Source: Azolla caroliniana
Taxonomy: Eukaryota > Plantae > Polypodiophyta
Length of the DNA stretch: 64,000 nt
Direction: 5' to 3'
NCBI GenBank assembly: GCA_043228905.1
Contig: JBHGNT010000008.1
Span: 11,656,001-11,720,000, forward strand
This document shows, one piece after another, positions 36,992-48,002 of this stretch (positions are counted from its first letter, which is position 1; every line of letters starts with the position of its first letter). The position numbers and the translations under genes were made by a program. A model generated the notes under the pieces. The model did no database searches. It had not been told where the DNA came from and saw nothing but the letters and a program-made list of their open reading frames with translations.

Positions 36992-39900
36992 AGGAGTGAT
37001 CATGAATGTATATTTGGCTATTAAGTGTAACTACATTCTGCTTGTAACAAATCGAGTAATATAAAAGCATGTGTTTTGAATTCTTATGATTTCTAAAAAA
37101 TCGTTTCTTATAAAATAACATTGGTTGTAAAGTTTGTGATATAAATTGAGAATGTATCTTTTTGAAATTCGTCTTTTTTTAGTTACTTCTAAATCACGAA
37201 AATAGTGGATTTTTAACCTTTTTCATAGTATGTTTGAACATGTATGATACTGGTATCAATGTGTTTTGTAGAATCATTGAAAAAGCCCTAAAATCAACCA
37301 AAACTTCCCTTATCCTTCCATTTATGCGCAATCCTTCCACTTGTGAACGCGAACGTGTTTGTTACCCGGTTTGAGGCCCTTCTTGGCCGGGTCAGTCTTC
37401 GTTGCCGAAGATCCGCCTTTCCCCTTGCCGGAGTCGGACGTACACTGATCCGACTCATCATTGCCGGATTTGAATTACTGCATCTTCTTCTTCCCCTTCT
37501 CTTTGCGCGTGAACCGTCTCCTCGGTTCCTTGCATGGGGAGTGCACGACAGAGTCTCCACTACTCGCCCGTTCCTCATCGGACTGGTCAGATTGACTTAG
37601 TCTCTTGTTTTGCCCACTCAACCGGAACGATTCCGGACTCTCATCCAGAGTCCACGCTTCATCATCCTCTACCTGGGCCGGTTCAGGATCACTAGCCTCA
37701 TCCACCGGAATCAGGTTAAATTCGGAAGTCAGAGTCGGTAAAGAGTACCATGATGCCGATTCATCAAACTCGACATCTCGTCTAACTTGAACCTTCTTTG
37801 TCCGGGGGTTATAACACTTATAACCCTTTTGCTCTTGAGCATAGCCGACTAGGATGCAGTTTTTCGATTATGCATCCAGCTTCCTCCGCTTCTCATCCGG
37901 TACATGCACATATGCAATGCTACCGAAGATCTTAAGGTGTCTCAAATTCGGCTTCCGCCCGAAATACAGCTCGTGAGCTGACACCCTGTCACCGATCTGG
38001 TTCTGGATGTAGACAACTGTTCGGACTGCCTCCGCCTAGTAGAATTTGGGCATGTTCTTCTCCTCCAGCATTGCCCTTGCCGCATCGATAAGCGACCGGT
38101 TCTTCCTTTCGGCAACAACGTTCTGTTACGGTGTATATCTGCAGCTGAACACTCGCCGAATTCCCTTTTGCTGCAGATAAATGTTGAATTAGCTGGAAAA
38201 GTACTCTTTTCCGCCATTCGATCGCAGGCATTTGATCTTCCTCTCCGATTCCCGTTCCACCATGCTTTGGAGACTCCGGAAACACTCGAAGACTTCACTC
38301 TTCCGCTCAATGAGGTAGATCCATGTGTGTCGTGTATAGTCGTCGATGAAGGAGACGAAATATCGACTCCCGGCAAGACTAACATTCTGTGTCGGTCCCC
38401 ACACATCCGAATGGATAAGGTCGAGCTTGTTATGGCTCTGGTTACGTTCAGTGGGGAATGGAAGCCAGTGTTGCTTCCCGAGTTGGCAGGCTTCACATAC
38501 TTGGGCCTTCCAGCCACTAAACTTCGGGAAACCGAAAACAACTTGTTTCATTTGCAGGTCTTGAAGCCTCCGGTAATTGACGTGACCTATCCGCTTGTGC
38601 CACAGGTCGATGTCCGATTCGACCTTCTGTCCTTTTGCAAACAGAGCGGTGCCGACGTCGTTGGTGTTGAGGATAAACATCCTCCCGTCTCTGCGCCCTT
38701 GCGCAATAATCTGGCCCTCTTCCCCTGGTCGACAATCTGTCCTATCGACACCAGGTTCTTCGTGATTGTTGGAACGTGTAATACGTTCATCAGCTTCCCC
38801 TTCTGTCCGACATGGCTCAAAGGGACTTCTCCGACATGCACGATTGGGTGAGGAGTGTCGTCTCCGGTTTTGACTACTCCTGGTTGATCCGGTTTTTCCA
38901 GAAAGGAGAACCAGTCTTTGTGGCTCGTCACATGGTTCAACGCACCAGAGTCAACATATCACACTTCCTCTGATTTGGAAGTGGTCTTCTTCATCGAGTT
39001 CGCCTCATGCTTCATCACCAAGGCTGACCCGTTACCGTTCTTGGATCCTCCCGATCCCTTCGTGTAGTGCGAGCTTTGTCGGCCATCCTTGCCGGCCTTG
39101 CTGGATCTGGATTTGTCCGAATCGGCGCATTTTCTCCAGCACTCGCTTTCCCTGTGGCCCTTTTTGCCACAGTACCAACATTCCATTGCAGATTTGTCTT
39201 GCCGGCCTCCGACACCGCCTTGACTCCCCCTGCCTATGGAAGTCCTGGAATTGCTGTCGGCACGTTCTCTGTGCCTTCGTTCTTGCTCTTGCCGGCCGCC
39301 TCCATTGCGTGCCGACCCGCCTCGTCCACCATGCCCATGGGACCAATCCGCCTCCGTGTACAACATCCGGCTGTCAATGGGTGCGCTAGTTGATGCACCG
39401 GCATGGTTCTCTTCTACAAGGAGCATCGACTGTAAGTCGAAAAATGACGGCGTATTCTCCCTTGTACACACCGCCGTTCGGAACGCTCTGAACTTAGATG
39501 CCAGGCCCCCAAGACAGACCTGTACCATCACGTCTTCCTCTACGGTAACGTTGATAGAGGCAAGCGAGTCGGAGATCTCTTTGATCCGGGCCGTGTAATC
39601 CGCCACCGACATGTCCTTCTGTCGGACATTGCTCAACTCCTGTCGGAGTTGCAGCTTCCGGGCTGTTGTGCTCGCGGCGAACACCTTCTTCAGGTTCCCC
39701 CAAGCCTCCTTCGGCGTCTTGGCATCTCGGATGTGGCTTAGCAGCTGGTCTTCGACACTGGACGCGAAGCAGTACATCACTCTGCTTGCCAATTGTTCCC
39801 ACACTGGGAAGTCCTTATGTGCCGCATCAGGTGCTGTTTCGTTGGCTCCTTCGACGAAACTCTAGTAGCCATGCCCAAGCAGGTACTGGTGCATCTTATA

Positions 39901-40493
39901 CAACAAGGATGCATAGTTGGATCTGTCGAGTTTCTCCACAGGGAGCGAGCTAGCCATCCCTCTATCGATCACTTCTCTGTTTGCTATTTTACGACCTGTT
40001 AGGGTTTGTTGTCAAGCATTTGTCAGTTGCAGAGGAGGTTCTCAACCCTCACGCTCTGATACCATGTAAACGATTACTTGCGGAAGCGTTAGAAACAGAG
40101 AAAGTAGGGAATACATAGAGTACGCGGGAGAGACAGAGAGAGCAGAACTTCAAGTCTATATTCAAAAATATATAAAAACACTCTGTTGCTTACAACTGTG
40201 CTCAGTAGCACTATTTATACAAGTCCTCGTGGGACTGACAGAAGTACCGCGTACTTCAATGCTCACACGAGCATCTGACACTTACTACGAGACTATAACT
40301 GCCTAGTAGTCTAAACTAATACTAGGCTTCCGGTTACCGATTGGATCCGGCTAACCGGCTAACTGGCTCCCCAGCTCACCAGCTTTGTTGCTTGCTGGCT
40401 TGGTTGCTCACTGGCTTACCGATCCGTCTCGCTCACCGGCTCAGGCGTATCTAGTCGATCCGGCTCCAGTTGAGCTTGCCACTCAACAGTGTC

Positions 40494-41370
40494 CTTTTCA
40501 TTGCTTCGCACTGCTCGCCGCCATATGCCATCCGCACCTTTGTGGTACAAAGTGTCTTGTAGTAGACAAAAATGTCGGTTGTGCACCGTTAACCACTTTC
40601 GCTCATCCCGGTTTATCTCCTCTGGTGGAAGTCCCATGCTTAGGAATTGATGCATGTTGGTTAGCCACTTGTCTTCGTCGACTACCGTACTATCGGCTAC
40701 CGTTTCGGCTGTTACTTTAAACAACTTAGCATCCGGAAACTCATCCATGACTCTGTCTCCAGTCTCACCGGAGTCTAACCGGCTCAGATAATCGGCAATC
40801 GCATGTTGTATCCTCGGCCCGTGATATATTTCGAACTCGAACTCTTGTAGCAACAATGTCCATTGGGCCAACTTGCCGGTGAATGATGGCTTTGAGACCA
40901 AATATAACAGCGTTGAGTGGTCGACATGGAAAGAAAATTTCCTTCCCAATAAATAGTGCCTAAACTTGGTAACACTGTAAATCATCCCTAAGGCTTCTCT
41001 TTCCATTGTTGAATAATTTCGTTTTGCCTGGGATAGCTTCCAACTAGCATAATAGAGCGGTCGGTACCATTTCGGTTCAGTCAATTGCATTAGTGCACTG
41101 CCAATTGCTATGTCGGACGCATCCACGAACACGTGGAATTCTTTTGACCAGTCCGGTGGTTGCACCACCGGTGCTTGTGATAGCAATACTTTTAGTGCCC
41201 GATAACCCTCATCCTCCGTATTCGTCCATTGGAACGGTGTCTAGTGAACCGCAGCATGCAATGGTGTAGCAAGATCGGCCAAATACCGGAGCATCCGACT
41301 ATGCTACCGGATTTTCCGTAGAAACCGACTCAAGGCTTTGGCCGTTGATGGTGCTTTTTTAAGATTGCTT
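40494..41370 (-). pseudogene. pol: RT C-terminus/RNaseH of the Athila-like element
   Basis: PDWSKEFHVFVDASDIAIG, YSTMEREALG, VDHSTL, LLLQEFEFEI, ADYLSR and DEFPD. Confidence 0.85.
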
Positions 41371-42255
41371 AAAGTGTGCGGCACTTCATCGGGGGTTGTT
41401 TGGGGTGGACTCAAGTTTAGATCTTATTTGTATGTCTAAACATAAGTAGTGATATAGTTTTAGAAGAATAGAAAAGTGAGGGCGTGGGTGGGGGTTAGGG
41501 GAGTGTAGCTTGTTGAAGTTATCAAAAGTATTTAAACCTAATCAAAGTTTTTAGAACATATTAAAGATCATTGGGATAACTTAAGTTATTAGACAACAAT
41601 AAAGTACTATTAAAAAACCAATATAGAGTATTATTAAAACGGAACCACACGCTTAGATGAACGGGAGTTGTTTAAACACACGCTTAAGCAAACACTTAAA
41701 AGAAAGATTATTATAAAAAATAAAAATAAAAATAAAAATAGAAAAGAGAGATTGAGATTAAAAAATGATTATGGTTAAGAAGGGATTATGATTAAGGGGG
41801 AAGGGGTTGCGAAACAAAGTACTTAAATGAATGTTTAAACAAATATTTAGATAAGAAAACACTTGGGCAGACACTTAACGCAAGGTTATGATTAAAAGAG
41901 AAGGGAGGGATTATGGTTAAAGAAAAGGGGTCATGGTTGAGAAGAGAATGATTATGATTAAGAGAGGAGAATACTTAAACAAATGTTTAAACAAAAAGTT
42001 AAACCTAAAAATGATTGAACAATACTTAAAAAAAGGGGTTAAACAAGTACGTAATATAAATGATTATTAAACAAGTACTTAATAGAAAATGATTAAATAA
42101 ATACTTAAAAACTTAAGACAAAAAAAATTGATAAAAAAGTGATTAAACAAGTACTTAATAAAAATTTATTAAATAATTACTTAAGAACTTAAGACAAAAA
42201 ATTAGATAAGAGCAACACATAGAAGGAAAGAAAGTTTTACTATCATAAGGCAACG

Positions 42256-42301
42256 ATCGGCAAATGCATTTCGCCTCGATGGAGGCTCTTCAGTGCCCGA
42301 T
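42256..42301 (-). ncRNA. Minimal type I hammerhead ribozyme
   Basis: Minus strand ATCGGGCA-CTGAAGA-GCCTC(CATC)GAGGC-GAAA-TGCA-TT-TGCCGAT gives an intact CUGANGA/GAAA core, 5-bp helix II, palindromic helix III and helix I ATCGG(G)CA:TGCCGAT. Confidence 0.85.
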
Positions 42302-42463
42302 GTACAAATGATGAAAACTAAGCCTACTAGGTTGCTCTTTTTATAGGGAGAGGGAGGAGAGTCCTTTGTATGTGGGACATACAAAAGTGTGTACAAAGGG
42401 AAGGTAAAAGAGTGTACACAAGACTTTAGGTGGGGTTTAAGAGGGGTGAGAGTACATAAAACA

Positions 42464-44095
42464 TTAGGTGGGGGGAAAGGATGTGTGTACTAGGTGGTTC
42501 CTTAGTTTTTTACCATTTAGCCAACACGTGAGAGGGGGTGTAAGGGAACTGTATTGTGGTTGTCCTAGAAGGGGTTTAAGTTTGTTTCTCACGAGCGCTC
42601 CGATTTGGAGTTTTTTGATACATGGGGAGTATCGAAGCTTAAAAACAATGGGTGGAGGTTTTTTGTTGTTGGGTTGGTTAGAGAGTAGTTGGTTTTGTAT
42701 GGAGTAGGGGACGGTCGAAAAACACTTGAGTAGGAACTTCGATGGGTAGCCCCTAGCTCTTAGGCGGTCGTAGAACTTTTTGCGTAGTTCCATGTAGCCA
42801 TTTTCCGAGCTCTCTCGGATAGCATACCGTTTTAGTTCTCCCGTGATGAAGCCCTTTTTGTGTGCTATGGGGTGCAAGGATTTCCACGGGAGGTACATGT
42901 AGGCATTGAGAGGTTTTTGGTGGCATGCGGTGTCGAGGATGCCGAATTCTTTAAAGTATGGGCCTTTGAAGAAGACGACGTCCAGGATGGTGATCTCTTT
43001 AGGGGAGGTTGTTGATTCAATACGGATGTGTTGTTGTAGAGGCACGCCGTATTGGTGTAAGAAGGTGTGAAGTGTATCGGGGGAACCTTCCCAAACTCCT
43101 ATGGCATCATCGATGTAGCGTTTGTAGTAGAGTAGTTGCGGTGTTTGGAAAGCTAGGTTGTTGTCCTCTAGCTGCGAAAGAAACAAGCTAGCATAAACAA
43201 CCGCAAAATTACTACCCATCGCGGTGCCTTTAATTTGTAACCAAAAAGCATTATTAAAGGAGAGAAAATTATTTCTAAGTATTAGTTGGGCAACACTCAT
43301 AATGATTTTGGTTTTGTGTGGTGGGAAATGATGTGAAATAGATTTTTTAAAAACCAATAGAACTTCCGTGGTAGGTATACTGGGATATAGTGACACTACG
43401 TCAAAAGAAAACAATGTGCAAGTTTTGGGGAAGGTGTGGTGTGCTAGGTCCTTAACAAGTGTTAAGGAGTCTTTGAGGTGTTGTTTTTTAGACAATAAGA
43501 CAGGATGTAGTAGATGGTGTAGCCATTTAGAGGCTCTTTCGAAAACATAATTGTTGTAGGCGCAAATAGGGCGTCCTACAACAATGGGCTTGTGGATTTT
43601 GGGGATGATGTAGAAACAACATATCCTGAAACCATGTTTGGGTTTCTGAAGGAGGAATCTAATTTCCTCATTGGAGAGGTGGGGGGAAGCTTTCAGACAT
43701 AGGTGTTCAAGTCGACTGTGGAGAGTTTCTAGGGGGACGTCTTTGACGGGGGTGTAAGTGTTTTTGTCGTTGAGCTGTCTAAGACATTCGTTAAGGTACC
43801 AATCCTTAGAGAGAATGCACGTGCCTAGATTTTTATCCGCGGGTTTAATAACTATGTCTTGATTGTTTTTGAGATTATGTAGTGCAGTTCTAAAGTTCCT
43901 ATGAGGGCGAGGTTGGATGGTGGGTGGGGAGGGGAGGGCAGAGGTGATAGATGTGATGGTTTGTGTGATTTCTGGCACGGCTGGGGGATTCCAACTAGGG
44001 TTCGGTATTCTAAATGGAGAGATAATGTTAGTAGAGTTTCTAAAGAAATATTTGAGGCAGTAAGTTCTATCCAAGGATACAACGGCATCTATCAA
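42464..44095 (-). CDS. Penelope-like reverse transcriptase without a C-terminal GIY-YIG endonuclease
   Basis: IVIKPADKN, FYIIPKIHK...GRPI, FDVVSLYPSIP, GTAMGS, YKRYIDD, SLHP...KKGFITGELKRY, RLRARGYP; 543 codons without a stop. Confidence 0.9.
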   Translation of the reverse strand: MIDAVVSLDRTYCLKYFFRNSTNIISPFRIPNPSWNPPAVPEITQTITSITSALPSPPTIQPRPHRNFRTALHNLKNNQDIVIKPADKNLGTCILSKDWYLNECLRQLNDKNTYTPVKDVPLETLHSRLEHLCLKASPHLSNEEIRFLLQKPKHGFRICCFYIIPKIHKPIVVGRPICAYNNYVFERASKWLHHLLHPVLLSKKQHLKDSLTLVKDLAHHTFPKTCTLFSFDVVSLYPSIPTTEVLLVFKKSISHHFPPHKTKIIMSVAQLILRNNFLSFNNAFWLQIKGTAMGSNFAVVYASLFLSQLEDNNLAFQTPQLLYYKRYIDDAIGVWEGSPDTLHTFLHQYGVPLQQHIRIESTTSPKEITILDVVFFKGPYFKEFGILDTACHQKPLNAYMYLPWKSLHPIAHKKGFITGELKRYAIRESSENGYMELRKKFYDRLRARGYPSKFLLKCFSTVPYSIQNQLLSNQPNNKKPPPIVFKLRYSPCIKKLQIGALVRNKLKPLLGQPQYSSLTPPLTCWLNGKKLRNHLVHTSFPPT

Positions 44096-44433
44096 TTGTT
44101 GTTTTCTAATAGGTTGGGGTGGGGGAGCACATTGTAGTTTTTGTTGATTTTTTTTCTATAATGATCAATCAATCTAAAATATTCGTGGGATTCACGAATT
44201 TGCTAAAATAATTCTCTCTTACTACCTAAATATTGACTAAATATACTAAACTCGTGGGATTCACAAGATTCTTATCTTATAACTCTTTATACCTATTCTT
44301 TACTAGCCTTATTTGTATTTTTCTTCCTCCTAGTCCAAAACCTCGGCGGTTCCCACCCGACTCACGCAACGATCCGGAGCCGAAAGGCACGACACAGTTG
44401 GTGAACCCGACGTGAAAACCGGGTGGCAAGGAG

Positions 44434-46313
44434 ATGGAAAATCAACTGGAGGCTAGCAACATGATGATGATGTTCGAGCGCATGCTACAAGAACAACGCG
44501 CGATGTCGGAGATAGCGGCATCAGTGGAGCGGCTCGTGCAACGAAACGGGCAATTCAACGGGAACGACGTGTCGCGGTATCTTCGGGACTACAAGGTGGA
44601 GATGCTACGATGTGGAATATCGGAAGGACTGCAAGTGACGTCCTTCAACCGGGTGGTGACCGACGGGCTTCAAGCAAGCATCCATGGGTTACGACAACAA
44701 AATCCGACATGGGAGGCATTTGAAGAAGAGCTAAAGAGGACGTTCGCCATCAAGGATTCCTCCAAGGCGACGCGAAGGGGATTCGAAGATTGGGTGGAGA
44801 CGCCGGACAAGGAATTGAAGGTCGTTGATGTGTTTTCGGTATTCGAAAGCCGGTTCGGGAGGTTGTCTACGAGAGCTCAAGCTATCCTCGTACCAGACAA
44901 GGTGATCATGTTCTTGCGAGCCGTGGACGTCCGGGACTGGAAAGATCTCGGAGTGCTCTTGGAGGACACGACCACGGAGAGTGGCCTCACCGAAACATGG
45001 GAAAGCATGTGGGATATCGTCGCGCGATACACGAAGAGGGGGCAATGGCTTGCCAACAAGGAAAAGAGGGTTTTGGAACCGATTCCGACACCGAGAACCG
45101 GATTGGAAGACCATCAACCGAGGGCTCGGGAGACTACAACCGAGAAGGGGATTGATGCATCTACGGTGGAGCAACTATTGAAGGAGATGGATAATCTGAA
45201 GATCGCGATGGTGAAGAAGTCGGATGACCGCCCCACAAGCTCCAAGTATACGGACCGACGGTGCATATGGTGTGATAGCGCCGAACACAATCCAAGGGAT
45301 TGCGACGAGCATAAGGAAGCGCTACGGCGGGATCTTATCTACTACGAGGGAAACCGGATTCATTCGATGGACTCTCGGAAGCCACTCCGACCGAACTTCC
45401 GGAAAGGCGGCATGAAGAAGGTGCTCGAGGAGGAATTGGCGGCAAGAAGCAACTATGCGACAACCGCGGGAATATGTGTCGGGGAGTCATCGAGAGCAAA
45501 GACGTCTTTTTGGCCGGAAGCTCTAGAAAACACCGAGAAAACCAACTCCAACGAGATCCGAAGCACCGCGGAAGGCGTCCGGGAAGCTACGGGATGGGAG
45601 TGCCCTGTCGACAAGAATAGCGTATACGCCCTGTGTCAATTGCATAAGGTGTATGTGGACGAGAAACGACGACGCACGGAGGATGCGGGCGGGCCATCGA
45701 AGATACCGAAAAGCCAGAACTCCAGAGGTAAGGGAAAAGAAAAGGCAACTCCGGCATTCAAGCTCACCTCGGACATAGAACAACAAACCGACTTGAAAAG
45801 AGTGTGTGAGGAAAGGATCTTGGATAGTCGGGGTAGATTTCTCGCTTCGGGAGCTACTCGGAATAGCAAAGAAGGAGTTCCACGATATTCTTGTGGATCT
45901 CGTGAAGCGAAAAAGACAAAGTATGGAGGAAAATGCTCCAAGGGTGAATGCGAACACCGTTTTAATGAACGACACCGAAGTGGAGGACGAAATTCCGAAC
46001 TCCCACTATACAAGGCCACATTGCGCACGTGCGACTACGGAGACTCCGGTCCGAATCGGCAACATCAAAGAACCCGTGCTAGCATTGATTGATCACGGAT
46101 CGGAGATCAATGTGATGTCCAAGGAGTTCTACCGGAAGGGGAAGTGGCCTATTAACACCAACCATGGATGGAAGATTCGGGCGGCCACCAAAGCAACGGA
46201 AGATCTATTTGCGGCTTGTCCGGATGTGACGGTGAAGATCGGGGGATGTCGAGATCGACCAAAATTTCTTCATGCAAGATGAGGTTTCACATTCCGTCAT
46301 CCTCGGCGAACCC
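44434..46313 (+). pseudogene. gag: gag-protease, frameshifted; continues at 52098-52257
   Basis: Zinc knuckle and LIDHGSEINVMS; colinear with 58377-60403. Confidence 0.8.
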
Positions 46314-46877
46314 TTTATTGTCATGATAACAGTCACATCATGCATCGAAAGGATCATGACACTCACATTATGACTCGAAAGGATTTGAACCCACGACCTT
46401 GTTGTACACATGTCAAATCCTTAACCATTGTATTAATATTCTTATATGTATAGTCTCTAGAATATGAAATCTAATATCATAGGAATATTCTATATTACTC
46501 TACATTCTAGAATGACCTAGAATATTCTAGAGTGTTCTATACCACTAGAACCTTCTAGAATACTCTAGAGATCTTCTAGATTACTCTACATTCTAGGATA
46601 ACCTAGAATATTCTAGAGAGTTCTCTATTACTTATAAATAGGGATCTACCACCCATCCCAAACCTAAATTGGTTCAACGCCATTTTGTAGCCTACTCTTT
46701 GTAATCCATTTTACGCTTCAATATAATAATTCTCTTTCAATTATCTCTCTATCTCTTTTTCTCTCTCTTTCTCTCTCTCAGTCTTGACAGTTTGAACCAA
46801 TTTTTTTCCTTTCATCTCTTCGTCTTCCACAAACCCTAACAAGTTCTCTTCTTCCTTCTCCTCTCCCCTCATAAGCT

Positions 46878-48002
46878 ATGGAGTCCGTGAGCAAACAAGA
46901 ATACATGCGTGTTCTTTCTGAGCTCGACATGCTCACGAATAAATTTGTGGCATTAGAGCATGAGAATCAAAGGTTACTTGGAGATCTACAGCACGTGAGC
47001 GCCGAAAAAGCTCAACAATATGAAGAGTTATCACAGCGGGTTCATCAACTTGAGGCGACTATATTGTCATTACGAGAGCAAGCGTCGGGGGCTCAGAACT
47101 CCCCTAGAGAGCCAAAGATCAGCCTCCCTGCCAAGTTTGATGGTACGAGGTCTTTATTCCGAGGCTTTTTGAATCAAGTTCGTTTAGTTATTCAGCTACA
47201 TCCCAATCGGTATCCAACTGATGTTGCTCGTGTGGGATTAGTGGGAACTTTGCTATGCGGTACGGCGTTAGCATGGTTCGCACCACTTCTCGAGAAGAAA
47301 TCACCATTGCTGGAGGATTTCGAGGCCTTTGTTAAAGAGTTTCAAGCTAGTTTCGGAGACACCGACAGCACTAGGACAGCGATAAACAAGATTCGAAGGC
47401 TCCGACAAGGAGATCGTCCCGCGTCATCTTATGCAGCCGATTTCCGTCTCTTGGCATGCGATATCCCTTGGGATGAGGCAGCTTTAATGGATCAATTCCG
47501 TCAAGGTTTGAGAAATGATGTCAAAGATCTTCTTCTTACTTTCCCTGAAGATCCGAAGTCACTTACAGAAGCCATTAGTCGAGCTGTGCGATGTGATAAT
47601 CGCCTATTTGAGCGACGTTCTGAGCGCCAACAAATGTTACGCCGCCAACCTGAGCAGACTTACGCTTCCGTAGTCGCAACGCCTCCACAAGTTTCTAGAC
47701 CCATTACAAGGGATGGCCCAACTCCGATGGAAATAGAGTCAACACAACGTCGTGGGCCGTTATCAGATGCTGAGAAGCAACGACGTCGAGCGCATCGCCT
47801 CTGCCTGTATTGTGGTGGTCCAGGACATATAGCTGTAAATTGTCCACATAAACCTTGGCGTCAAGTATACCAAGTAAGTGCCCATGAAAACCCTACATCG
47901 AGTTCTATTGTTACTTCTAATAACATAAATAAGCCTCATAGTCCATGTCATGAGAATAGATTCGATGTCTTGAGTCAATTAGAGGATGTGTTAAACGAGT
48001 AA
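46878..48002 (+). CDS. gag: Gag
   Basis: EPKISLPAKFDG, LRQGDRPASSYAADF, PTPMEI and CLYCGGPGHIAVNC. Confidence 0.93.
   Translation: MESVSKQEYMRVLSELDMLTNKFVALEHENQRLLGDLQHVSAEKAQQYEELSQRVHQLEATILSLREQASGAQNSPREPKISLPAKFDGTRSLFRGFLNQVRLVIQLHPNRYPTDVARVGLVGTLLCGTALAWFAPLLEKKSPLLEDFEAFVKEFQASFGDTDSTRTAINKIRRLRQGDRPASSYAADFRLLACDIPWDEAALMDQFRQGLRNDVKDLLLTFPEDPKSLTEAISRAVRCDNRLFERRSERQQMLRRQPEQTYASVVATPPQVSRPITRDGPTPMEIESTQRRGPLSDAEKQRRRAHRLCLYCGGPGHIAVNCPHKPWRQVYQVSAHENPTSSSIVTSNNINKPHSPCHENRFDVLSQLEDVLNE

Larger units (their letters stand above)
28118..37359. mobile_element. TIR DNA transposon (Sola-like) carrying a ParB-methyltransferase cargo gene
   Basis: Perfect 36-bp TIR AACACGTTCGCGTTCACAAGTGGAAGGATTGCGCAT (28118-28153 / 37324-37359) and 4-bp TSD TGTT. 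Removing the element restores the host copia frame (...KKGLKPGN|SELRR...). Confidence 0.92.
25510..40488 (-). mobile_element. Full-length decayed Ty1/copia element hosting a DNA transposon
   Basis: LTRs 25510-25925 and 40065-40488; perfect TSD GTGTC; tRNA-iMet PBS at 40051-40064; PPT at 25926-25936. gag/IN at 37364-39960 and RT/RH at 26327-28117. Confidence 0.93.
41371..44120 (-). mobile_element. 5'-truncated Penelope-like retroelement (PLE)
   Basis: PLE-type RT ORF, a downstream hammerhead and a ~0.9-kb strand-biased repetitive tail. Flanked by unrelated gypsy fragments; boundaries are approximate. Confidence 0.8.

Noticed and set aside
28118-37359. Bacterial or phage contamination as the source of the MTase
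   Set aside because: The gene has five spliceosomal introns and sits in a TSD-flanked insertion within a plant-type copia element.
41375-41410. Second hammerhead (CCGATGAAGTGCCGCAC on the minus strand)
   Set aside because: The core deviates from CUGANGA and no GAAA follows. It may be a truncated remnant at the PLE end but cannot be called.
46372-46436. Functional tRNA gene
   Set aside because: Acceptor and anticodon stems do not pair properly; only A/B-box-like motifs remain. Reported as a finding instead.
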